Assembly: GCA_964471255.1 (NCBI GenBank)
Contig: CAYYFB010000001.1
Location: 37,923-101,922, forward strand
DNA length: 64,000 bases
Source of the DNA: Candidatus Woesearchaeota archaeon
GTDB taxonomy: Archaea; Nanobdellota; Nanobdellia; CAYMVK01; CAYYFB01
Direction: 5' to 3'
The position numbers and the translations under genes were made by a program. The notes beneath the pieces are model-generated. The model was not told the DNA's origin. It worked only from the letters and a program-made list of their open reading frames with translations, and did not search any database. Of this stretch, positions 8,843-17,140 are shown piece by piece (positions within the stretch are counted from its first letter, which is position 1; each line of letters begins with the position of its first letter).

Positions 8843-10039
8843 TCATCTACAAAAAAGATCCAAAATATTATCGATTAGTACTACAAAATGCCCTGCCTTT
8901 TTTCTTATGGGATAATCATTTGTGCTTAAGCCAATTTCGTTCAATTTTTCTTCTAAGATGGAGAGGTCTTTCCTCGGTATGCCAATAAATCTAGCATAAG
9001 AAGGTAAAAATTTAAGTTTAACTTTTTTCTTTTCTATTTTTCTTTTCAATCTTTCACGTAAAGGGCCCCAATCAAGAGCCTCGATAAGGATTTCCTTTGA
9101 AAAGAGAACGTCCAAAGCTTCCCCAGTGTAATTCTCTTCGCTAAGTTCCTTAGGGGAAGGTATCCAAGTTTCATACCAAAGTATTTTTAGTTCTTTTCCT
9201 AATTTTTCCGATATTCTCTTCGTCAATTCAATTACAAAATCAACAAATTGGCAATAATGTTCTATAAGACAATATCTAGAGTAGAGGTGGAACCTAATGG
9301 CTTGCAAGAGTTCTGAATGTGAGAGTTCTTCTCCGTAATATTTTTTTCGTATTCTTTCTAGTGTAACGGGTTCACAGGAAAACCTTGCACCTTCATTATC
9401 CCCCCAACGGGGGGCGGTGGCTATTACTATTGGTCCGATGTCCTCTGTGTAGATGCTTTTGAAGAGCCTTAAATGCCAATTAACCCACGCCCTTGCTTCA
9501 GAGAATGCTCCCTTTCCTTTTACGGAAAGAGTTGGAAGAGCTGTGAAAGCTATCCATAAATCCTTTAGGTAAGAAATATTGTTTTCTTTTAAGATGTCAT
9601 GAAACGCCTCAATTAGTTCTACCATTTTCTCTCTTTCCATCCTTATGCCTTCTTCCCAAGGCGATTCTATTCCAAAGCTAGGGGGACTAATATATTTACC
9701 AATGAATTTTCTTCCAACTAACCTCTTTATGCTATGAAATTCTTTCACAACCTCTTTTGGAGCGTTCTTTTCGATGTATACGTTAAAATGGGCATGATAG
9801 AATTTAGTTCTATTTGTTATTCTCTCTATGATCTTGCTACTTACTTTTGTATACTTCTTATAGAATTTTTCTTTATCTACGCTCTTTAGAAAGTCTCTAA
9901 GAGCCAATAGGTAAGTTTTTAAACAGATCAGCCAAGATTTAGGACGGCTCTTTCTCGGATAAACTACTAGATTTGCACTATTGGCTCTGTCTGTTGCAAA
10001 GATAGGATCATAATATGCCCAGAAATTCCTTTTTGTCAT
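8843..10039 (-). CDS. hypothetical protein, translationally coupled (ATGA) to the giant gene upstream
   Basis: 398-aa ORF whose start codon overlaps the stop of 10036..13875. No recognised domain. Confidence 0.65.
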   Translation of the reverse strand: MTKRNFWAYYDPIFATDRANSANLVVYPRKSRPKSWLICLKTYLLALRDFLKSVDKEKFYKKYTKVSSKIIERITNRTKFYHAHFNVYIEKNAPKEVVKEFHSIKRLVGRKFIGKYISPPSFGIESPWEEGIRMEREKMVELIEAFHDILKENNISYLKDLWIAFTALPTLSVKGKGAFSEARAWVNWHLRLFKSIYTEDIGPIVIATAPRWGDNEGARFSCEPVTLERIRKKYYGEELSHSELLQAIRFHLYSRYCLIEHYCQFVDFVIELTKRISEKLGKELKILWYETWIPSPKELSEENYTGEALDVLFSKEILIEALDWGPLRERLKRKIEKKKVKLKFLPSYARFIGIPRKDLSILEEKLNEIGLSTNDYPIRKKAGHFVVLIDNILDLFCR

Positions 10040-13000
10040 ACCAGCTCTTTAATAGGGATAAAGTACGCTTTTTTTCCTAAGTATGGATCAAACACAAGTA
10101 TTTCTTTTGCATTTTCTTTTTCTAGAAGGGCTATTAACTCATCTAGCTCTTCTCTTACAATGGCTTTCTTCTGTCTCAATATTTCTACAATGGGCTCTGG
10201 AATGCCCAACGTAAGAGTCTTTCCTTTTAGTAGTTCTCTCTCCTGTTGGGTCCCTATTCTCTTTACTTCCTTAACCCCTTTTATTTTCTCATTAAGATCG
10301 CCTATAAGATTATCTAGCCAAGTATCAAGACGTTTTTTTCCTGTTCTAAAGTTCTCAATATTTTCCTCAAACTTTTCCAAAGTTTTTCCAGTTCCTTTTA
10401 TTTCAATTATTCTAGTAGAGGTAATTATATCGACCTCAGTTATTTTTGGCTTACCAAATTCATGCATAACATCAAGAATGTCTTCTTCGAGAGAAACACT
10501 TGATAATATCTCAAATATTTTTCCTTCCTCACTTGATTCTATTCCCCTTTCCAATAAAGCTTCTAATAGACTCTTCTTTTCTAGTTTTATCTCCCTTTCT
10601 AAAGCCTCTTTAATTATCTCTCTAACATTTCTTCCTCCTTTCCTCTCTATCTTCTTTAAAAGATGAGAAACCAAAGTTTCTAAATCAGTTACTGTTTTAA
10701 GCGATGGGCTTCTGAATTTCCTTATAACCTGGACTGCTAGATCCCACCCTATTTCTTGAGAAATACTATTCAGCTTTATTAGAGCAGTTTTGATGTTGGT
10801 AGGTATTCTAATTACCTTATTAAGTTTCTGTAAAGCCTCAATTCCCCCTTCTTCTTTTACAATCCTATTTACTATTCCCAAGACATCTCCTAATTCATCC
10901 CCGCTTTTTACAGTCTTAAAAACTAACTCAGCAATAAATTCTGCCGTTTCATCACTCTTGCTTCCAATTCTGATTAACTCAGATATTTCATCTGCATGTT
11001 TTGCAATATATTTCTTCAATGCATCAATTAATTCATCAGATACCCCAAGCTTCTTTCCTATTTTTGTAATCTTCTTTATAAATCTTAATTTCCCAATTTC
11101 TCCAACTCCTCCAAAAATAAATATGCTCCCAAGAGTTGCACCTATAAATCCCAAGTCTATTAATGCATTTTCCTTTTCTTTTGCCCTAACAGATATCCAG
11201 AAATCTAAAACAAGATAAGTAAGGTCAGTTATATCATCAATAATACCTAATCCTGGCAAAAATCCTATTGGAGTTAAGTAAATTGATACCTCATTAAGCT
11301 TTTCAATAGCCTCAATAACTTTTGGACTTACCCCTGCCTTTGAAGCTCTATCTACAATTCTTGCTAATGCAATTCCTTTTGAGAGGATAAAAATATTTCT
11401 AGAGATTTCCTCCAATCTTTTACACTCATCCCATCCTCTAATTTTCCCATAAAGCCTATTAAAATCAGGATTAGGCATGAAAACTAGGAATGGATTAGAT
11501 GGGAAAAGACTAGCAATTAGAATATTTCTAAGCTCATTTGGGGATAAACCTATCTCTTTTCTCGCCTTTTCCTCCAATTTTCTATAAATTTCCTTTTGCT
11601 TTTCCTGGAGCGCTGAGAGGTAAAGACCAACTTTAAAATCAAAGTATTCCTTAAAGTTTTTTAAAATATTATATCTCTTTTCCTTTAGTAGCTTCGTCAT
11701 TACATAGATATCTTCTAATACCCATCCTGTCCCATCCTTTTCAATTATTTCTTTTCCATTGGCCTCCTTTATTGAATAATTTTCCCTATATATCTCAGCC
11801 AAGTCCTTTAAATCCCTAGGCAAATTCTCTGAATCTTTTGACAGGAAGTAGGGAACAAAATCTTTTCCAGATCCTTCAGCAATTATCTTTCCTCCTTCAC
11901 TAGGATTCCATTTCCAAACGACTGATCCATCTTTGTCCTCATAAATTTTTCTCTCTATACCAATAATTCTCTCTACTCTTTTCCTTATTCTTCTGGAGCG
12001 GCTATCAAATATTCCTGAAATAACTTTCCTTAATCCAAATCTCCTTATTCGGTTTAGAGTCCCAGTAGGTCCATATTTTCTAAAGCAAGTGTATAAATCA
12101 AGAATATTTCTTGCTGGAACGCTATTTAAATAAGATAGAATCTTATTTTCTATTAAGAAGCTTATGAATCTTCTATCAAAGCCGCATAGGTTTCCTATTC
12201 TTAAGATTGTAATTGCCTCTTCCCTGTTTATTCTTTTATGGAATCCATAAAGGAATTCCCAGTTGAGGAAGTAGTAGAGTTTATTCCTTAAAATGAATTC
12301 TACAAACTCCTTGTCTGGAGGAGCCTTTCTTAAAACTTCAAGCGCTATTCCTCCAAATCTTTGCTTTAAATCATTTACATATTCCTTTCCCCATAATCTG
12401 TAGACATTTGAATAAATTAAGAAGGAAAGTTTGAGCTTTAATTTTCTCTTTATCCTACTCGCTAAACTGGAGCGGGGATGAGCTCTTTTTATGAATTTTT
12501 CCCTTAGAAGCAAAATATTTGCTTTCCCTGCTCCAGAATTCTGGAGCGGATTTTTTGAATTAATCCCTCTTAATCCATTAATTCCAAGGTAAGCTAAAGC
12601 TGGAAGCGCCGCTCCAGAAATTAGTATTGATGCCTTAATTGAGACTGGAGCGCCAGAATTAAATTCACCTCTATTGCCTGGAGCGGGAACTAAGGGTATT
12701 GATTTATATATTCTATTTATTATTGAATATTCTATCTCTTTTGTTCCCCAGTAATTATGAGCTAAGATTCTCAAATTGTGCTCTCCAGGCCCTAATTCAA
12801 TCCTTTTTTCAAAATAGGAAATACCCTTTCCTATTTCTTTCCCATCAATAAATACTTCAAAACTATCTGTATAATTGGCCAATATTTTTAGAGTGAACTG
12901 ACTAGTGTTAACTAATACACCGTCGCTAATTCTGGAGCAGGAATTTTTATTACAAATTTTTATTTGAATTAAGGGCTCAGCATAGATTTCTATCTCCCGC

Positions 13001-13875
13001 TCCAGAACCGAGTGATCATAGCTTGGGTCATCGCTAAGATCCCATACTTCTATCTGGAGCGGGTAAACACCTGGATTAAAGTTATTTAGATAAATCTCAT
13101 AGGTAGGTCTGTCTATAATCTTATCTATTATTTTTGCTTTTCCCGCTCCAGAAATGAGGGCCCTAATTCTTGCTTTTATTGGATATTCTAAATTATTAAT
13201 TTTTATTTTAATTGCCTCTCCAGGTGAAATTCTCTCTTTTTCTAGAAATATTCCCGGCTTTTTGTCACATAGGATTTTGTACTTGCAAACTGTCCTATAA
13301 TCGCACCTTTCATCATAAATCTTATCACAAAACTCTATTGTTTCCTTAAAAGCGCATTTGTCCCATTTTTTTCCATATTCTACGCAATATTTCTTTTTCT
13401 TAACGCATTTACTACAAGTTGAGCATACATATATTGTCTTACATTCCTTCCGGATAATTCTTCGAGTGCATGTTCCCCAACTCCTACAATAAGAATAACA
13501 AACCTTTCCCCAGCTAAGACAAAAGCTAAATCTCCAAATTCTTATTCTCCACCTACAATATCTATAACAATACCTCCCATAGCTTTTGCAACAGGTGTAT
13601 CGAACCGTAGTAATCCTAGGTCTGCAGCTACTTCTTGGTCTGCAGTTACATCTATAATAGCTATATTTAACACACTTTTCTTTCCATTCTTTGCAATAAG
13701 ATACATATCCTCCTTTACAAATAGTTTTTGGATAACATCTTTCATCTACAATAATTTTCCTACAATTTACAGGAATTTTTTTGCAATCATATGGTTCTTT
13801 CCAACAATGAGAGAAAACTGGAGCGGAAAGAAGGAGAACAGAAACAAGGAAAATTAAAAGGAAAAGTTTCTTCAT
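10036..13875 (-). CDS. giant (1279 aa) envelope protein
   Basis: Signal peptide MKKLFLLIFLVSVLLLSAPVFS, followed by a block of about 190 aa with many Cys (CYRYC, CYSYC, CSTCSKC). Then come beta-rich repeats, hydrophobic segments (ILISGAALPALAYLGI, GFIGATLGSIFIFGGVG) and a near-C-terminal ITEVDIITSTRIIEIKG (D..ExK pattern). Confidence 0.8.
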   Translation of the reverse strand: MKKLFLLIFLVSVLLLSAPVFSHCWKEPYDCKKIPVNCRKIIVDERCYPKTICKGGYVSYCKEWKEKCVKYSYYRCNCRPRSSCRPRITTVRYTCCKSYGRYCYRYCRWRIRIWRFSFCLSWGKVCYSYCRSWGTCTRRIIRKECKTIYVCSTCSKCVKKKKYCVEYGKKWDKCAFKETIEFCDKIYDERCDYRTVCKYKILCDKKPGIFLEKERISPGEAIKIKINNLEYPIKARIRALISGAGKAKIIDKIIDRPTYEIYLNNFNPGVYPLQIEVWDLSDDPSYDHSVLEREIEIYAEPLIQIKICNKNSCSRISDGVLVNTSQFTLKILANYTDSFEVFIDGKEIGKGISYFEKRIELGPGEHNLRILAHNYWGTKEIEYSIINRIYKSIPLVPAPGNRGEFNSGAPVSIKASILISGAALPALAYLGINGLRGINSKNPLQNSGAGKANILLLREKFIKRAHPRSSLASRIKRKLKLKLSFLIYSNVYRLWGKEYVNDLKQRFGGIALEVLRKAPPDKEFVEFILRNKLYYFLNWEFLYGFHKRINREEAITILRIGNLCGFDRRFISFLIENKILSYLNSVPARNILDLYTCFRKYGPTGTLNRIRRFGLRKVISGIFDSRSRRIRKRVERIIGIERKIYEDKDGSVVWKWNPSEGGKIIAEGSGKDFVPYFLSKDSENLPRDLKDLAEIYRENYSIKEANGKEIIEKDGTGWVLEDIYVMTKLLKEKRYNILKNFKEYFDFKVGLYLSALQEKQKEIYRKLEEKARKEIGLSPNELRNILIASLFPSNPFLVFMPNPDFNRLYGKIRGWDECKRLEEISRNIFILSKGIALARIVDRASKAGVSPKVIEAIEKLNEVSIYLTPIGFLPGLGIIDDITDLTYLVLDFWISVRAKEKENALIDLGFIGATLGSIFIFGGVGEIGKLRFIKKITKIGKKLGVSDELIDALKKYIAKHADEISELIRIGSKSDETAEFIAELVFKTVKSGDELGDVLGIVNRIVKEEGGIEALQKLNKVIRIPTNIKTALIKLNSISQEIGWDLAVQVIRKFRSPSLKTVTDLETLVSHLLKKIERKGGRNVREIIKEALEREIKLEKKSLLEALLERGIESSEEGKIFEILSSVSLEEDILDVMHEFGKPKITEVDIITSTRIIEIKGTGKTLEKFEENIENFRTGKKRLDTWLDNLIGDLNEKIKGVKEVKRIGTQQERELLKGKTLTLGIPEPIVEILRQKKAIVREELDELIALLEKENAKEILVFDPYLGKKAYFIPIKELV
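12530..12547. repeat. perfect 18-bp palindrome GCTCCAGAATTCTGGAGC, made of two inverted copies of the over-represented motif
   Basis: Read directly. It lies inside the giant ORF and encodes NPLQNSGAG. Confidence 0.9.
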
Positions 13876-13912
13876 AATTCTAATTCATATTTGATTAAAA
13901 TATAGTAGCAAC

Positions 13913-14506
13913 ATGAGGAGATTCCTCATTTTCTTTAACGAAGCAAGAACCAATGGAAGATGGAAAGACCTAATGAGGGCGGGTAGGATGGATATACTTT
14001 GCCACTCAATAATTTCTGCCCTATTTGTTTCGAATGCTATGAGAGGAAACATTGAGCTTCATTTAATTCTTAATGGCCCTCCAGACCCCCCTAAACATAT
14101 AGAGATAAAATCGGATCCTAGAACCCCTTATTCAAAGAAAGATATTGGGGAATTAATTCGTATAGTTCTCTGGAAGTATAGAAAAGGAAGAAAAGTTAGG
14201 GCCCTTCCAGGAATTTGGATAGAAAAGAAGAGTTTTGAGGAAGTTTTTAGTGAACTCCCAGGTCCAAAATATCTTTTAGATGAAAAAGGAAAGTCCTTAT
14301 GGGAGATTGAAATAAAAGAAAATCCTCTCTTCATACTTGGTGATCATTTGGGGTTGCCTAAAAGAATAAGAAGATTCTGCCAAAAAAATTGTGATGAAAT
14401 GATATCCTTGGGTAAAGTTACCTATTTTACATCCCAATGCATTACGATTCTTAATTTTTGGCTTGACAAATTGGGGATTGAAATAGAAATTACTCCAAGA
14501 GTATAG
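13913..14506 (+). CDS. trmY: tRNA (pseudouridine54-N1)-methyltransferase TrmY (SPOUT, DUF358)
   Basis: MRRFLIFFNEA...RMDILCHSIISALFVS...ILGDHLGLP...ISLGKVTYFTSQCITILN matches the Mja_1640/TrmY pattern. Confidence 0.8.
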   Translation: MRRFLIFFNEARTNGRWKDLMRAGRMDILCHSIISALFVSNAMRGNIELHLILNGPPDPPKHIEIKSDPRTPYSKKDIGELIRIVLWKYRKGRKVRALPGIWIEKKSFEEVFSELPGPKYLLDEKGKSLWEIEIKENPLFILGDHLGLPKRIRRFCQKNCDEMISLGKVTYFTSQCITILNFWLDKLGIEIEITPRV

Positions 14507-14515
14507 CCTTATAAG

Positions 14516-14575
14516 GTTAACGATATCGTTAACACTTTTATTTAACGATACCCTTAACGATAGGTTTACGATAGG
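14516..14575. promoter_or_regulatory. array of TAACGATA boxes (an 18-bp perfect palindrome plus three direct copies) upstream of trpS
   Basis: GTTAACGATATCGTTAAC (14516..14533), then TTAACGATAC (14542..14551), TTAACGATAGG (14554..14564) and TTTACGATAGG (14565..14575). Confidence 0.6.
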
Positions 14576-14635
14576 GTACAAAAAGGATTGAAGGTTATTT
14601 TTATTATTACACCCTATCTTCTCTTTCTATGAAAG

Positions 14636-15784
14636 GTGAAGAAGTTTGGATTTAAAATAACACCTTGGGAAGTCAAAGGAAAAATTGATTACGAGAGATT
14701 AATAAAAGAGTTTGGGGTTCAAAGAATTACAAAGGATATAATTGAAAAGATAAAGGAATTAGTTGGAGAGGTTCATCCATTAATTTACAGAGGAATCTTC
14801 TTTGCTCATAGAGATTTTGATAGGATTTTGGAAGAATATGAAAAGGGAAAGAAATTTTTCCTCTATACTGGAAGAGCCCCAGGGAAAAGTTCAATGCATA
14901 TTGCTCATCTAATTCCTTTTTTACTGTGTAAGTGGCTCCAGGAAAAATTTGAAGCAAATTTCTATATAGAAATACCTGATGAGGAAAAATTTTTAGCAAA
15001 GAAGGTAGATTCAATAGAAGAATTAAGAGAAAATGTTAAAAAGGACATTTTACATCTATCTGCCCTGGGATTAGATCCAGATAGAACATTTATTTTTAAA
15101 ACAACAGAATTTATTTCAAAGCTCTATAGACCAGCAGTTCTAATCGCAAGACATATTACTTACTCAATGGCAAGGGCTACTTTTGGATTTACGGGAGAAA
15201 CATCCATAGGTTTAATTTTCTATCCAGCTCTCCAGATAGCTCCAACCTTTTTCGAGAGAAATAGATGTTTAATTCCTTGTGGAATAGATCAGGATCCATA
15301 TTTTAGACTTCAAAGGGATATTGCACCAAAACTTGGGTATCCAAAAACTGCGGAATTATTGAACAAGCTTATTTGGGGATTAGAAGGTCCTGGATCAAAA
15401 ATGTCAGCATCAAAACCAGAAACAGCAATATTTTTAGAAGGAGATCCAGAACGAGAAGCAAGGAAGATATTTGAGGCATTTACTGGAGGGGGTGGAAGCT
15501 TAAAGGAGCATAGGGAAAAAGGAGGGAGACCTGAAGTGTGTTCAGTATTCTATTATTATTCTATACTATTCGAACCTGATGAGGAAAAGCTTAGGGAGAG
15601 ATACAATAGATGTAGATCAGGCGAACTAATTTGTGGGGATTGTAAACAAGAGCTATTTGAAAGAATAAAAAAGTTCTTAGAAAATCATCAAAGAAAATTA
15701 AAAAGTGCTGAGAAAATGAAAGAAAAATATATGTATGATGGAAAACTTGCAAAAAGAATGTGGGAATGGGAATTTTCTTTGTGA
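14636..15784 (+). CDS. trpS: tryptophanyl-tRNA synthetase (archaeal/eukaryal type), GTG start
   Basis: TPWEVKGKIDYERLIKEFG..., HIAH (HIGH position), KMSASKPETAIFL (KMSAS). Confidence 0.9.
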   Translation: MKKFGFKITPWEVKGKIDYERLIKEFGVQRITKDIIEKIKELVGEVHPLIYRGIFFAHRDFDRILEEYEKGKKFFLYTGRAPGKSSMHIAHLIPFLLCKWLQEKFEANFYIEIPDEEKFLAKKVDSIEELRENVKKDILHLSALGLDPDRTFIFKTTEFISKLYRPAVLIARHITYSMARATFGFTGETSIGLIFYPALQIAPTFFERNRCLIPCGIDQDPYFRLQRDIAPKLGYPKTAELLNKLIWGLEGPGSKMSASKPETAIFLEGDPEREARKIFEAFTGGGGSLKEHREKGGRPEVCSVFYYYSILFEPDEEKLRERYNRCRSGELICGDCKQELFERIKKFLENHQRKLKSAEKMKEKYMYDGKLAKRMWEWEFSL

Positions 15785-15844
15785 TGAAATTTATGAGTTT
15801 AAAATTTATGAGTATAAAACTTATAAGTATAAGGTAAGTTAGGA

Positions 15845-16249
15845 TTAGCTCCCTTCTTTCTTCTCTTCCTTTTTAAAGAATTCACTTAAATCTTTTTTTC
15901 CATATTCTACGATTACTACGTTTATTTGGGAAATATCTTCTGCAATTGTATTCCCTCTTACTCTCTTCCTCCTTCTTTCTCCTTTTCTCTTTGGTCTATA
16001 GCCCGGCCCCTTTGCTAGTAAAACCTCTGGCCTAGCTGTTCCTGGAATTGCTGGATGCATTGGAAATCCGTCTCTGTCAGTTCCACCAGTAATTTTTAGC
16101 TTATAATCATCATCTAACCCTACAAGGCTTCCAGAAACTATATCTCCTATTTTCTTTCCAATAAAGAAGTTTGCCATTTCATCCTTTACTATCACTGTTT
16201 TAGCCCTTCCTGATTTTGGGTCTGAGACTACTACTTTAAATTCCACCAT
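15845..16249 (-). CDS. rps6e: ribosomal protein eS6
   Basis: MVEFKVVVSDPKSGRAKTV...LKITGGTDRDGFPM...RRRKRVRGN. Confidence 0.9.
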   Translation of the reverse strand: MVEFKVVVSDPKSGRAKTVIVKDEMANFFIGKKIGDIVSGSLVGLDDDYKLKITGGTDRDGFPMHPAIPGTARPEVLLAKGPGYRPKRKGERRRKRVRGNTIAEDISQINVVIVEYGKKDLSEFFKKEEKKEGS

Positions 16250-16256
16250 TTATCAA

Positions 16257-16556
16257 TTACCTCCTTTTTCTTTTTTTATTTTCCTTTATATAGAACCTTG
16301 GAGGTATTATCCTTTCTGATTTACATCTTGGGCATTTCCATGGGGTGGATATCTCTTTTTTACTGAACACATATCCACAATTTTTACATACCGCCGGAAC
16401 AATAACAAGCTCTTTGTTCTTTTTCTTTAAAATTCTCCTTACAATTTCTAATAGAACCCTAACTCTCCTGTTGTTTATCTTAAAAGTATCTCTTAACTCT
16501 TTTGGAGTTACTTCCTTTTCCTCTAACTTCTGAATTAATGCTTTAAGATATACCAT
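16257..16556 (-). CDS. small HTH + zinc-ribbon transcriptional regulator (COG3357-like)
   Basis: 99 aa with an N-terminal helical HTH-like part, then CKNCGY...CPRCKS. Confidence 0.6.
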   Translation of the reverse strand: MVYLKALIQKLEEKEVTPKELRDTFKINNRRVRVLLEIVRRILKKKNKELVIVPAVCKNCGYVFSKKEISTPWKCPRCKSERIIPPRFYIKENKKRKRR

Positions 16557-16564
16557 TTATCCTT

Positions 16565-17131
16565 CTAGAATCTTAGAACTTTATCCAAACTCCTTCCAGA
16601 TTTTATCCATCTCTCAAATATCTTATACCCTTCTTTGTAACCTTCAATGATCAAATCAACGCAGATTTGTGGAACCTGAGCTATTATGTATCCTCTATAT
16701 CTAAAAGAATAAGAGAAGGCATGTTTATCGAAAAAGATAATTCTACCATTCTTGCTTTCCTTCAAAACCAAATTTTCTTCCCTAGAATAGATTATTCCAA
16801 GGCTATTTATTTCTCTTCCTTTTATAATATCGTTTGCAATGCTTCCAGAAACAACAAATCTTCCTCCCAATCTGAGTAAATCATTATCTATTTCAACTCT
16901 TTTTATCTTCATCCTTCCCATAGCTTCCTTTTTAATCCTTATCCACTCATTTAAGAGAGAAAAAGGATCATATCTTATTTTCCTATACCCATAAATTAGC
17001 CCCTTATTTCTTAATCTTCTTAAAAATCTCTGCACAAAATTACGCGGCAATTTTGAGTTTTTCATTACAGTATAAAGGTCAGTTTCCTCTTTTCTGAATA
17101 ATTCCCTTAAAACCCTCTCGGCTTTTATCAC
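16565..17131 (-). CDS. hypothetical protein with an N-terminal winged-helix-like segment
   Basis: LPRNFVQRFLRRLRNKGLIYGYRKIRY. It is vaguely AbiEi-like, but no partner gene is present. Confidence 0.45.
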   Translation of the reverse strand: MIKAERVLRELFRKEETDLYTVMKNSKLPRNFVQRFLRRLRNKGLIYGYRKIRYDPFSLLNEWIRIKKEAMGRMKIKRVEIDNDLLRLGGRFVVSGSIANDIIKGREINSLGIIYSREENLVLKESKNGRIIFFDKHAFSYSFRYRGYIIAQVPQICVDLIIEGYKEGYKIFERWIKSGRSLDKVLRF

Positions 17132-17140
17132 ATAGAGTAA

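Noticed and set aside
13542-13745. 67-aa minus-strand ORF inside the giant gene, in another frame.
   Set aside because: It is fully nested in the Cys-rich N-terminal coding region of the 1279-aa ORF, and nothing supports it independently.
15787-15813. 12-nt direct repeat AAATTTATGAGT x2 (15787..15798 and 15802..15813), followed by ATAAAACTTATAAGTATAAG, in the convergent trpS/rps6e spacer. It begins with GTGATGA, which looked like a C box.
   Set aside because: No CTGA D or D' boxes follow, so it is not a C/D sRNA. A short AT-rich repeat in a 60-nt terminator spacer is plausibly just low-complexity sequence.
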